Below, one piece after another: positions 1 through 11,500 of a stretch of 64,000 nt of DNA. How positions within the stretch are numbered: position 1 is the first letter of the stretch; every line of letters starts with the position of its first letter. The notes below the pieces were generated by a model. The model ran no database searches. It was not told the DNA's origin and saw nothing but the letters and a program-made list of their open reading frames with translations. Origin of the DNA: Octopus bimaculoides (Eukaryota). The stretch is from assembly GCF_001194135.2 (NCBI RefSeq), contig NC_068998.1:3511584-3575583 (forward strand). The letters run 5' to 3'. The position numbers were made by a program, and so were the translations under genes.

Positions 1-204
1 TCAGTTGTTAGCTGCTGAGACATTGCATCCTTTAAAACCTCTTCCTGAAATTTGCCAACACTACACCTCATATCCTCACCCCCCATACGCATGCACACAT
101 GTATATCATGACTCGTACATAATTCTACGTACCGTACATACACCTTTGATGAGTTGCAGTGCACCTGAGCACTATACACAATAATTTCATTATATGTTAA
201 TATA

Positions 205-438
205 CAGGGTTGGCCAAAAGTCACCCGACAGTAAATCAAAATTCTATAAATACTCTCTGTAATTCTGTATTGACTCGAATGGAAAAATGGTGTCGCTCAA
301 GAAGGACTTCAGTTTGAAGAATTTTCATGAGGTTTCGTATTTAGATGCTTTTATTAAATCCATTCAGTTGGTAAACATAAATAAATCTTGGAATTAAATG
401 GTTTTGATTTACTGTCAGGTGACTTTTGGCCAACCCGA
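205..438. mobile_element. Tc1/mariner-type MITE
   Basis: About 36-bp TIRs (cagggttggccaaaagtcacccgacagtaaatcaaa and its near reverse complement) flanked by TA; no ORF. Confidence 0.75.
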
Positions 439-1308
439 TATATTTTACTTGGCTATCAATGTATTTCATTAAAATAATTTAAAAGAAAATTTAATTATCC
501 AGCAAATTAGTTTCAATTTAATACAGGGATTAATTTCTTGTGTATAACATAAGTTTCAGAGATTANNNNNNNNNNNNNNNNNNNNNNNNNNNNNNNNNNN
601 NNNNNNNNNNNNNNNNNNNNNNNNNNNNNNNNNNNNNNNNNNNNNNNNNNNNNNNNNNNNNNNNNNNNNNNNNNNNNNNNNNNNNNNNNNNNNNNNNNNN
701 NNNNNNNNNNNNNNNNNNNNNNNNNNNNNNNNNNNNNNNNNNNNNNNNNNNNNNNNNNNNNNNNNNNNNNNNNNNNNNNNNNNNNNNNNNNNNNNNNNNN
801 NNNNNNNNNNNNNNNNNNNNNNNNNNNNNNNNNNNNNNNNNNNNNNNNNNNNNNNNNNNNNNNNNNNNNNNNNNNNNNNNNNNNNNNNNNNNNNNNNNNN
901 NNNNNNNNNNNNNNNNNNNNNNNNNNNNNNNNNNNNNNNNNNNNNNNNNNNNNNNNNNNNNNNNNNNNNNNNNNNNNNAAGTGGCAGGGGTCAAAAATGT
1001 TCCTTGGTGTAGTGCTGGTAGTTGTCAGTTTGTGAACCGACAAAAAGGATCACATCATCAACATTACCCCCCCCCCCCAAAAAAAAAGCTGTTCGATGAA
1101 AAATGAAAGTGCAGTCCTCATATGATTTGAGGGTGATTTGGCTGCTGTATCTAACAGGTTGAATGAAAATTTTGAGTCATCTGTGTTGTCTTTCGTTAAG
1201 ATGCCAATATGTCTGGCTATAGACAGACGTGAGTGTGTGGTTAAGAAGTTCGTTTCCCAGCCACATGGTTTCAAGTTTAGTCCCCACTGCATGTCACCTG
1301 GGGCAACT

Positions 1309-1466
1309 GGCTATCTTTCGATTTGATGTGAAGAAACGACAAGTAAAAGCACATGGGTTTTGTTTACATCTAATCGGCTAAACCTAACCCTAACAGGCCA
1401 ATTAGATGTAAACAAAACCCATGTGCTTTTACTTGACGTTTCTTCACACCAAATCGAAAGATAGCC
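1309..1466. mobile_element. 158-bp foldback MITE with 9-bp TSD (Merlin- or MULE-like)
   Basis: 66-bp arms (1309-1374, 1401-1466) with 2 mismatches; GG termini; TSD ggggcaact at 1300-1308 and 1467-1475; spacer ctaaacctaaccctaac. Confidence 0.85.
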
Positions 1467-1481
1467 GGGGCAACTATCTTC

Positions 1482-1550
1482 GTCGGAGATAAAGAATACA
1501 CACACCACCCTAATCCTAAACCCCGAGTGTGCGTATTCTTTACCTTCGCC
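1482..1550. mobile_element. 69-bp MITE with 8-bp TSD and telomere-like core
   Basis: About 24-bp imperfect TIR (consensus GGCGAAGGTAAAGAATACG...); TSD ctatcttc at 1474-1481 and 1551-1558; core ccctaatcctaaaccc. Confidence 0.75.
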
Positions 1551-2124
1551 CTATCTTCTAGTATAGCCCTTAGCTAAACAATGCTTTATGAATGGAAGCT
1601 CACCGTGTGTGTGAGAGAAAGAGAGAGAGAGACAGACAGGCCTCGACAACAGCCAGTGTTGATTTGTTTTCGTCCCAGTAACCAAGCGGTTCGACAAAAG
1701 TATCGAACTTAAAGAAAAATAAGTATTGGGGGTTTATCTGTTTGACTAAAACCCTTCAAGGGAAATGCTCCAGCATGGCAGCTACCTAACAAGTAAACGA
1801 AGATAAAAGCTAGAACAGCTCTGACCAGATTCAGGCCTTAAAAACATGAACAAGGCCTGAAGAGAATGAAATGGAAACAAGAGTTAATTGTAATTAGGTT
1901 AAACGAAACAATAATGACAATACAGTGGCTTCAATGAGTCACTGTTGAAATATCTTCCTAAAATAAATTGCAAAAAGTTCAAAATTAAGGACATTTGATA
2001 GTTATTAAGTCTTATGACTACCAAAAACACTCACACGCTCGTCGTTCATTCATTCAGTTTTGATCTTCCATACTAAGCATAGGTTGAACAAAGACACATG
2101 ATGTGTCCTATATACGTTTCTGTT

Positions 2125-2432
2125 GTGAAAGCCAATGGCTTAGTGGATATGGGTATTCGGTTCACAAACGTAATGTCGTTAGTTCGATTCCTGGCGGCGC
2201 GTTGTATCCTTCAACAAGACATCTTTATTTCACTTTGCTCCAGTTCGCTCAGCTGACAAAAATGGAGATGAAACTGTATTTCAAAGGGCCAATCTTGTCA
2301 TATTCCGTGTCACGCTGAATTTCCCTAACAGCCACGTTAAGGGTACACGTTTGTGGAATACTCAGCCACTAGCACGTTAATGAGTATGCTGTTCCGTTCA
2401 TAGGATCAACTGGAGGTCTCGTTGTCGTAACC
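2125..2432 (+). mobile_element. tRNA-derived SINE family C
   Basis: A/B-box head (tggcttagtgg...agttcgattcc) and body ...aagacatctttatttcac...aaagggcc...; related copies at about 13810-14060(-), 33020-33390(+) and 52115-52412(+). Confidence 0.7.
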
Positions 2433-2726
2433 AAAGGAAAGCCAGTTGGTTTATACCGCTGCCAACTTTGTTGCTTTATAACTTCCAGAAAAATGGATAC
2501 TTTTTAACGAAATTTTCAACAAATACCGCTTAGATGCCGTGGATTCAGAATATATATAACCGTATGCCTAGTTCGAATGTAGCAAACAGTGGACACTGCT
2601 ATAAGAACAAAGTGTGAGGTGGTGGTGTTAATACGGGCGACGGGTTGAGTCTTCAACCTAAGTAAGTCGTGAAGGTATTTCAACGCAAAAAGCCGTAATA
2701 CGGCAAAGATACCTAATTAAAATTCG

Positions 2727-2817
2727 GACGAAAGTAAAGAATACGTACACCCGGGGTTTAGGGTTAAGTCTTAGGTTACGCCGAAAACGGGTGGTGTACG
2801 TATTCCTTACTTCCGCT
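2727..2817. mobile_element. Second copy of the 8-bp-TSD MITE family
   Basis: TIRs gacgaaagtaaagaatacgtacacc / ggtgtacgtattccttacttccgct; TSD aaaattcg at 2719-2726 and 2818-2825; core ggggtttagggttaagtcttaggtt. Confidence 0.75.
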
Positions 2818-3432
2818 AAAATTCGTAGAGTTTCGCCAATCCACCGCCCTAAATTGGTTCATTTTTTTAAACGACCTCGAAAGGATAAAAAACAGAATTT
2901 CCCATAGCAGGCGTGAGGTTATTTAAGACCTAATGTTTACCAAGTCAAATCCCACCAGAGTCATAACTTGTGGACACAGCTTAAACGAATGGGACCCATG
3001 ACAGATAGAATATCTATATCGAAAGAATACCAATTAATGCTTCTCATTAGGTCTCCGTTTACTGTGGTCCCTCAAAGTTACGCAGTTTGTATACGGGTGC
3101 CCATGTGCTTTACAACTAGGAAAGGGAATAAAAATTGCACGCACGCAAGATTTTCGGAATAAAACGGGATGTTTTGAATTAAAGACATTTGACTTATGTT
3201 TACTTGCATGGAAGCACATATATTTTGCAAAGAATTACGAAATTTACACATGCAAATTTCTGCGTACACCAACAGCTAAAAATTAGAGATTAGACTAGAA
3301 CTCCAAACAACACAAAAATAAATGTTTACGTTTTGGAATAATTGTCTTTCGAAGTCGCATACCTTGTGGGAAATAAAAAAAGATATTACCACGACTAAAA
3401 GACAAAACGAAATTGGTTCTCGGCACACTTAC

Positions 3433-3564
3433 TTCGTCATAGGTAACACTTCTAATAAGAGGTATTTGATTTTTCCTTTGTATTGCCGACTCTGAAATCT
3501 TCCCGTCCGTTGTTGAAGTCACTGCCATGTTACCTGTCTCCAAGGACCTCTTCTCTTTATTCAT
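3433..3564 (-). CDS. Putative first coding exon of an unidentified - strand gene running off the left edge (MNKEKRSLETGNMAVTSTTDGKISESAIQRKNQIPLIRSVTYDE)
   Basis: Protein-like ORF segment ending at a perfect phase-0 donor GAA|gtaagt (intron starts 3432), downstream of a CpG-rich promoter. No further exon was found in the window and no family was recognised. Confidence 0.35.
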
Positions 3565-3980
3565 ATATGTGAAAAATAATAATAATAATATTGACAAAAA
3601 TTGCCGCAAAAGAAATTTACTGTTTTGAAAGAGTTGGCATTATTTCGAATTATTGAAGAGACAATTGTTCATCCTTCTGTTAGTGCTGCAGGCTTGAGAC
3701 AGTTTTTGGTTCCATTTCATACATACACACATATATACGTATCTGCATACATATATATCGTTATAAGGCTTTCGGGTTCTCTACTTAAGTTTGTAAAAAT
3801 ACCTTCTCTTCGCTACCAACAACTTTAACTATGTCGTTGCTAGGTAACACACCTGCCGCATTTACCTTCATTTTCTCGCGTGCAATTTTCCCTCCCACTT
3901 CCACGAGCTTTTGTTCTGCTTCCTCTTTCTTTGTGTCTTTTATACGCTCTTTCTCTCACTCTATCTTTCTCCCTCCGTCA

Positions 3981-4012
<32 letters not shown>

Positions 4013-5399
4013 TTCTTTCAATCTTCATTTCTCTTTTTTACTCTTTGTTTCTTTCATTCACTCTTTCAATCTCCCTCCGTCTCACTCTGACAGGTTTTCT
4101 TTAATAATCCCTCTCTCTCTCTCTCTCTGTCACTCTTTTTCTTTCACTCGCTCTCTGTCTCAATAACCTGTTCTTTGCACACCTGGGGCCGTGAGTTACA
4201 AATAAAGGTGCCAATGCTAAAAAGAATAAAGCATAAATCATTCTTTGAAGAGCTGGAGTTGCTGAAGAAATGCGATAACATCTAAGAAGACGTCTACAAA
4301 GGCTTTGGTCTGGACCCATCAACGGTGTCTGCCGTAAAGAAACAAAGAGGAATTTGAAAGTTTAAATTGGAAAACAATAAAACCCGTTCTCTTTCGTCAT
4401 TCATTTATTATTCATAATAATCCTAATTAACAGATGAAATGTACAAAAAAATCATGAGTGTGTAACCGGGTTTAATTAAAAAGACTTGTCAGTCTGTTTC
4501 ATGGGTCAAAGGAATATTGGTGGATCTTAAAGATTAAAACAGCCTTACGTCGTTGCTGCAAGGAAAAAAACAATACAGGCAAAATTTTTTATGTATGTGC
4601 GTGTGTGTAGTATTTTTTTTCTTTGTGTGTTGTCCTGTAAGACAATAGATGGAAGCAACGTTGTTTTTTTTTTTTCAAGCCATGTGGAGTCAGGCGAAAA
4701 GAGAAATCACTGTTCACTCGTTTGTTCTTTTCTCGGTCTCAATTGGTGTTGAAAAAAANNNNNNNNNNNNNNNNNNNNNNNNNNNNNNNNNNNNNNNNNN
4801 NNNNNNNNNNNNNNNNNNNNNNNNNNNNNNNNNNNNNNNNNNNNNNNNNNNNNNNNNNNNNNNNNNNNNNNNNNNNAAAAAAAAAAAAAAAAAAAAAACC
4901 TGGTCAGCGGCTAGAGAGAAAACGCTCGTGTCATAGTAGTTGATGGTTCAATTTCCAGGCTGTATGGTATTTTTTCTCCGGGGTAAGAAAACTGTTGCAG
5001 TTGGTTGTTCCATTTCCTCGTCTCTTGTGTTGTTTTTTGGGGGTTTTTTTTCGTCGTCTCTTCATTTTTTTTTACGAGTTGTTAGAGAGATAATTCCGTT
5101 ATCACGTCGGGGGTCACCAGTTATAAGAATTGGATGCGTTATGACGGCTCGGCCGTCTCTCCCCAGTTCTTATATTAATCATTAAAATCCAGAAATACAA
5201 CAACACGAGGGGTAACGACAGGTCACTAGTTTATTCTAGGTTGGTGTAGAGCCGTTTCGTTCCTTGGTGAATAGGCATGCCGCTAGAATACCAAAGAAGC
5301 TTCGACCACATGTCGGGGTCGAGTTGTCAGAGAGCCTGGAAGACGTCCTGTCACGACGGTTCCTGGATGGAAAAGAGAGGGAACGCTATTGCTTTTTCT

Positions 5400-5495
5400 C
5401 CACCTGTTGCATTGCGCATGCGTACTCGGGTACTTCCGCTGACGGCAAATCCCTTGCACATGCGCAATGGCACTTCCCAAGATGGCGGCCACACG
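5400..5495. promoter_or_regulatory. CpG-rich housekeeping-type promoter motifs
   Basis: NRF1-like TGCGCATGCG 5413-5422 and TGCACATGCGCA 5455-5466; ETS-like ACTTCCG 5432-5438; YY1-like CAAGATGGCGGC 5478-5489. The surrounding DNA is CpG-poor. Confidence 0.6.
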
Positions 5496-5656
5496 CGCCG
5501 CTACAAAAGGATGACAGAATAAATACCATGCTTTAAAAAATAAGTACTCGGGTTGTTTCACTAAACAAAAAATTCTTCAAGTCGGTGCCCCAGCATGGCC
5601 GCAGTCTAATGCCTGAAACAAATAAAAGATAAAACATACGTACATTTAGACACACA

Positions 5657-5759
5657 CAGATAGATAGATAGATAGATAGGGGGAAAGAGAGGGGGAGACA
5701 GAGACAGACAGATAGATAGATAGAGAGAGAGAAAGACAGACAGATAGATAGATGTATAG

Positions 5760-5790
<31 letters not shown>

Positions 5791-5858
5791 GGTAGATAGA
5801 TAAATAGATAGATAGGTAGATAGATAGATAGATAGATGGATAGATAGATAGATAGATG
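5657..5858. repeat. (GATA)n/(GACA)n microsatellite between the two promoters
   Basis: Read directly from the sequence. Confidence 0.95.
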
Positions 5859-5914
5859 AAGAGACTTAAAAAAAAACATTTGGGGCAACTAGGGGTGGGT
5901 AACTCAAAAGTAAC

Positions 5915-5970
5915 CGACAGCGTTGCGCCGCCGAACGAGGGCGCTAGTTGTCACAAACAGGAAGTTTACA
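5915..5970 (+). promoter_or_regulatory. Proximal promoter of gene 1
   Basis: CpG cluster (gcgttgcgccgccgaacgagggcgc) and ETS-like CAGGAAGT 5958-5965, about 130 nt upstream of the ATG. Confidence 0.45.
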
Positions 5971-6095
5971 TACTTCAACAGATGCCAAGTGATTTCTGCT
6001 TCACTTTGTTTACATCTCGATCCTTTTGTCTCTCCGTTCCTCTCTTGTTTACATAACAAGCGACATTGTTCTTTGTTGAAGGCACTCATTAAAGA

Positions 6096-6283
6096 ATGAC
6101 TGCTTACAGGAAACTAAATTCCTCCGTTAAACCCAACCGACGTTATGGCTTTAAAAGACGCTGTCTCTCCCTTTTTGGCCGATTCATATTTCTGTCGGTC
6201 ATCGCAATAACGTTGTTGCTGACCATCGGCCTTCTCTACATCTACGCCACATATCCACCTCACGCTTCTTGCACAATCAAATG
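6096..6283 (+). CDS. Gene 1 coding exon 1 (cytoplasmic tail and transmembrane helix)
   Basis: ATG at 6096; ends AAATG|gtgagt (phase 2, split Trp codon). Confidence 0.9.
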
Positions 6284-7506
6284 GTGAGTAACTCTTCTGT
6301 TCACTTCTTTCTTCATTTATTTACTGTTTCTTCCGTCTCATTCTCGGTTCAAATCCTGCCGAGGTCATCTTCGCCCTTCCAGGGTCCATCAAATAAAGCA
6401 CCAGATATAATCAACCAGTTCCCCCCACTCTCTCCGCTTATCCGTCTTAAATAGCATCGTAGTTCGCTAAACTACCCATCGTAGGGCAAAGCAACGCACT
6501 GGGGTCCCAACATACGCAGTGACACCCCGTATAGATTAGATCGTGGCCACTAAACTCGTGGGGTCCTTCGGGGCTACTTCCCCGTCTGATTATGTCTTAA
6601 CTTGGCCCTGTCTCTCAGCTTAAAATTGTTAGTCTTTATACCTAATTAAAAATTGTTATTTGATGCTGTTTTACTATATTAAATTCTCTTCCATCAAAGC
6701 TTCCCCGATTTCCATTGTTTGTTCGCTTCTCCCTCATTTCGAACTCCCTCCCCCAATCCGCGAGTACCAGATCACACCCTTTGTTAAGGAAAAGACAAGA
6801 GCTCGATTCCGTATAATGGTTTTTATTCTATCAAGGTGTTAGATTTGAAAAGTTAATTTTATTCAACGTGAGTAATTTACCTGATCCCTGTTTTCACCAA
6901 CACCTTTACCAGTTTAGCCCCTGAGAAACACTACCTTAGCATGCATTCCACTTCATATCGAGACAGACCTGGGCCTATTACTGGATAATATTTAAGAATT
7001 TGATGATATCGATAATTCATTCATACACTTAAGAATACTCACAATCATGTTCTCTGTCCCTCTCTTTCTCTCTCTCTCTCCGTGCGCGTGTATATATAAA
7101 TATATATATAGAGAGAGTGAGAGATCAGTAAAACTAGGCACTTGTATAATGAGTGCGTATGTTAATCAAATTCATATTACTCGCTTGGTAAGATTGGTTG
7201 TAATGCATCTATAACACAGTAATAATTACCACGATGTGTGTGTGTGTGTGTATGAAGTCTCCTGATGAACCTGTATACACAAAAATTACGATGTTTCTAG
7301 GTTTTTCTCACAAAAAATAAAAAAACTTTATAATTGGACTTCCCAGAATAAGCATCTCTCTTATTTAGTTTCAGCATCCGTTTTATATACAAAACTTTGT
7401 TGCATACACAAAGCTTTGTGCGTGTGTATATAAATATATATAATAAGTAGATGGAACGTAACGCTATATATATATATACAGCTATATATACATACATACA
7501 TACATC

Positions 7507-7538
<32 letters not shown>

Positions 7539-8547
7539 TATATATATGTATGTATGTATGTATATATATATATGATAGTGGTGTGAAGAAAAATACCCTG
7601 AAAATTATATTTTGATTTTCTTAAAGAATGGTATCACATGTTTTGGAACTAAATTTTGATCTGGTTATTGTATTGTTGTGGAATTTGAACCCCATGTGTG
7701 TATATATATGTATATATTTGTTTGTTTATGTGGGTTTGTATCTGTATGTATATATTATGATTGCATCATTATTGTGTGTTTATATATGTGTGTGTGTCTT
7801 TACGTATGTATATGTGTTAGTTTTTCTTGTCAGTAAACCTTCCAGTTACCCCCATACCTTCAAAGCTTTGTAAAATAAGAAATCCCTTGAAAAAAAAAAA
7901 AAAAACTGGTGATGGTTAGCAGCATTTTGCTGTAAAACAATGCCTTCGCTATCATATTCGTCCAACCCATGCAAATATGGAAAAACGAACGAACAAATAC
8001 TTGCAGAAATAAAGGTTTTGCTATTGTTTTTATTATTAATTTTGGCTGTGTTCTCCATTAATACCCTCACAGCATTTTATGTAAGAGTACATTATCATTC
8101 TCATTAAGTCCCTTTGGCAAACCCCCCACCCACCCTATCTTCAAAATCTTAAACATGTGACTCGATTCTATGTCACATTGTAGAACTTGGGATGGGCACC
8201 AGACATTTTGGAATGTTAGCAAAATTCTTTATGACCTACATTGACTGATTTATGCAATCTATGGAACAGGGTGTTTTTTTTTATTCTGGCATAGTGTATC
8301 TGGGACTGTATTAACCAATGTGTTAATACAGGTTATTGAACAAGAATTTGCTGGACCTTCTTTCTCAGTCTACAAGTGACTCCCACCATATATGTATGTG
8401 TATATATATGTATATATATATATAGAACCATCATGGCATCTGATGTGGCATTTTAAACCAGACAATGTTTTCCAAAGACTACCGCATAGATTGCACATTC
8501 CGATTTGGATCACCAAAAGCTGCAGTTAAGCTCTGATCTTTATGGAG

Positions 8548-8581
<34 letters not shown>

Positions 8582-11500
8582 CAATTAGAAAATGGAGGAT
8601 AATATGCTGAACCCAACTATTTGCAGACGGTGTATCCCGTTGAATTCATTAATTTAATTCATAGCAAAAGTGACAGAAAAAGAAAGAAAGAACCAAAGCA
8701 CAGGTGTCCATGGCAGACTATGTTATTTTGCCAACANNNNNNNNNNNNNNNNNNNNNNNNNNNNNNNNNNNNNNNNNNNNNNNNNNNNNNNNNNNNNNNN
8801 NNNNNNNNNNNNNNNNNNNNNNNNNNNNNNNNNNNNNNNNNNNNNNNNNNNNNNNNNNNNNNNNNNNNNNNNNNNNNNNNNNNNNNNNNNNNNNNNNNNN
8901 NNNNNNNNNNNNNNNNNNNNNNNNNNNNNNNNNNNNNNNNNNNNACCATGTTGGCAAAATAACATAGTCTGCCATGGACACCTGTGCTTTGGTTCTTTCT
9001 TTCTTTTTCTTTCTTTTTTTGTCACTTTTGCTATGAATTAAATTAATGAATTCAACGGGATACACCGTCTGCAAATAGTTGGGTTCAGCATATTATCCTC
9101 CATTTTCTAATTGTTATACAAATTTTGGGTAAAACCTTCACTTTTACCCGCTCCCATTGATTGCACCTAGTATAGCACTAGTGTAGCAATAATTGGGTAC
9201 CCTCCCAGCAGTATACTGGATAGATACTATCCCTTAGTGGGTTGAACCCCCAACCCCTAACTCTCTCACGTTATATATATATATATATATATAAATATGT
9301 ATGTATGTATCTATGTAGAGTACATGGCTTAATGGTTAAGACATTGCATTCATGACCACAAGATCATGGTTCAAATTCCTGGACCACTAGGCTATGCATC
9401 TTCATTTATATGTGTGCGAAGGTCACATGGCATAGTGGTTAAGTTGTTGCAGTCACAACTATGGGATTGTGATTTCAATTCCTGGACTGGGTGGTGCATT
9501 GTGCTCTTGAGCGAAACACCTCATTTCTTATTGCTCTGCAACCACTTTGACGCCTAACATGTAGTACACCATGCCCCCCCCCCCTATTCAGGAAACATCG
9601 ATTTGATGGAGAGAGTGAGGTTCATGTACAACACAAACATTTGATCGCTATAAGCGAATCGTTTGTGCAGCTTGTTCAGCAAGAAATTGCAGCACCGTCT
9701 ACCTTGGACTACAAGAGACAACCACCATCTACTGCTTCCATTCCTGGTCTCTGTGACATTCAACAGTTTCAGATGTGACCATCCCTGTCTGTCCTTCAGC
9801 CCTCCTCCCCTCTCCCACTTGACTTCAGACAAACAATTCACATAAATACGCAATAAGTATATAAAGCAGACAATATGTCGTATCTCATTGATATTTTATC
9901 AACATGCTGTTGTTTATGTTGTTGTTGTTGTTGTTAGTATTGCTATTGTCAGTCAAAGTGTATTCCAAGTGGCCTCCTCCAAAGAGACGTGGAATATCAA
10001 TTTTTGGTGAGAAATACAAGTTGCCTTATCCTCTTTCCAACTCTGATCCAGCTGATGTTTTCCCACAGGAAATGGAACACATAAAATGGTAATGAGCTCC
10101 AATTAACCAGTGGACATGGCAGACACAACAACAAACAAACAATAAACAATATGACTGACTGATGTAAATACTACAGGGTGGAGGTGGTAGGTAAGATGTT
10201 GTGGCGCAGGTGAAAGAGGAGGGGGAAAAGAAGAAGAAGATTATTTCTGTCAGCTACATAGTTTATTTCTCAGAGCAGCAACTCAAATCTGCTAGAATCA
10301 TTTGGTTCCATTTCTAAGACAAGCTTTGAATTTTAATTCGTTTAACTTCCGTAATGGTTACCAGTTTGTGTGTGTGTGTGAGGATAGCATTATATATATA
10401 TGCTTGTCTAACCATTGGGCTGTCAGATAAATTTGTTTGTTTTCTTTTTCTCCCCTCTTGACACACCATCATCATCGTCATCATCATTTAATGTCCATCT
10501 TCCATGCATGGGTAGGACGGTTAACAGCAGCCGACCAAGTAGGAAAACTTCCCTAGGCTACTGTGTCATTGTATGTCTGAAAAGTGGGAAAATTTATTTG
10601 AGCTTCAAAAACGATAGATGAAAGCTGAAGAGGAAGAATAAAAAAAACTCCCCCCCCCCCAAATAAAAACAGCAGCAAAATACATAAAACAGTATGATAA
10701 AATATAATTTTCTCATATTAATTAAAATATTGGCGTTAGGAAGGGCATCCAGCTGTAGAAACCTCGCCAGATCAGACTGGAGCCTGGTGCAGCCAACTGG
10801 ATTGCTAGTCCCCAGTCAAACCGTTCAATCGATGATGATGATGATGATGGTGAACATTTGAAAGAATTGAAATAAATAAAACCAAACTGAANNNNNNNNN
10901 NATGTCTTAATATCATTTATCTGGCAAAGACAGGTGTTTTAACTAACGACTCTGAAGTTTGTTTTGAATCCTTTAAAAGCTGTTGGGTGTCTTCATTAAC
11001 AAGTCTAACCGGTTCGTTTAAGTTTTAAGGAATTGTGGTTTTTCTTGTAGATTTTTTTGTTTTTGTTTTATTCTCCTGTTGGTTTCTCAAGTCATTTGAC
11101 TTTGGGTGCAGTGGATTACATCAAGGGGCCCATCCCTCTCATGTTTGAGAATTTTTTATTCACTCCTGGAAGAATGCATTAATTATTTCAACCTGGCTGT
11201 GTTTGTAGACAGTTCAAAAGAATACTTTTAACAAAAAAAAAAAATAAAATAAAATGATAGCATAGTGTATATGTGATTGATAATTTATATATATATAACA
11301 TCCTGGGGCCCTGGTTTGGGAGTTCCAAGTTTATGAGGAGTGTGCAACCACCTCTTAGCTATTGTTGTCCCCAGGTCTACTCAAACTCCTAGTAGTGTTA
11401 CCTGTTAGGGTTCCAGCTATCGGTTTAGTAGCATATTAGGACTAGACTATTTATGCATTCGAAGACTGGATCTGGCAGACTGTGCAGAAGGAACCTTCAT

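Larger units (their letters stand above)
1233..1810 (+). mobile_element. tRNA-derived SINE (CORE-like family B) with internal microsatellite, interrupted by two MITEs
   Basis: Head gtgtggttaagaagttcgtttcccagccacatgg and CORE-like cacctggggcaa; 3' module ...ctccagcatggc...; many related copies in the window. Confidence 0.7.

Noticed and set aside
513-1106. Long ORFs spanning N runs (also at 8621-9074, 18973-20196, 21074-21895, 25790-26254, 46272-46864, 50530-51348, 59055-60147)
   Set aside because: They are open only because Ns contain no stop codons; these are assembly gaps
3785-3950. - strand frame ERIKDTKKEEAEQKLVEVGG...FLQT*
   Set aside because: Bounded by stops, with no pyrimidine-rich acceptor; at most leader sequence
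5646-5888. [16 protein letters not shown]-type ORFs throughout the track
   Set aside because: Translations of di-, tri- and tetranucleotide microsatellites with no splice or domain support
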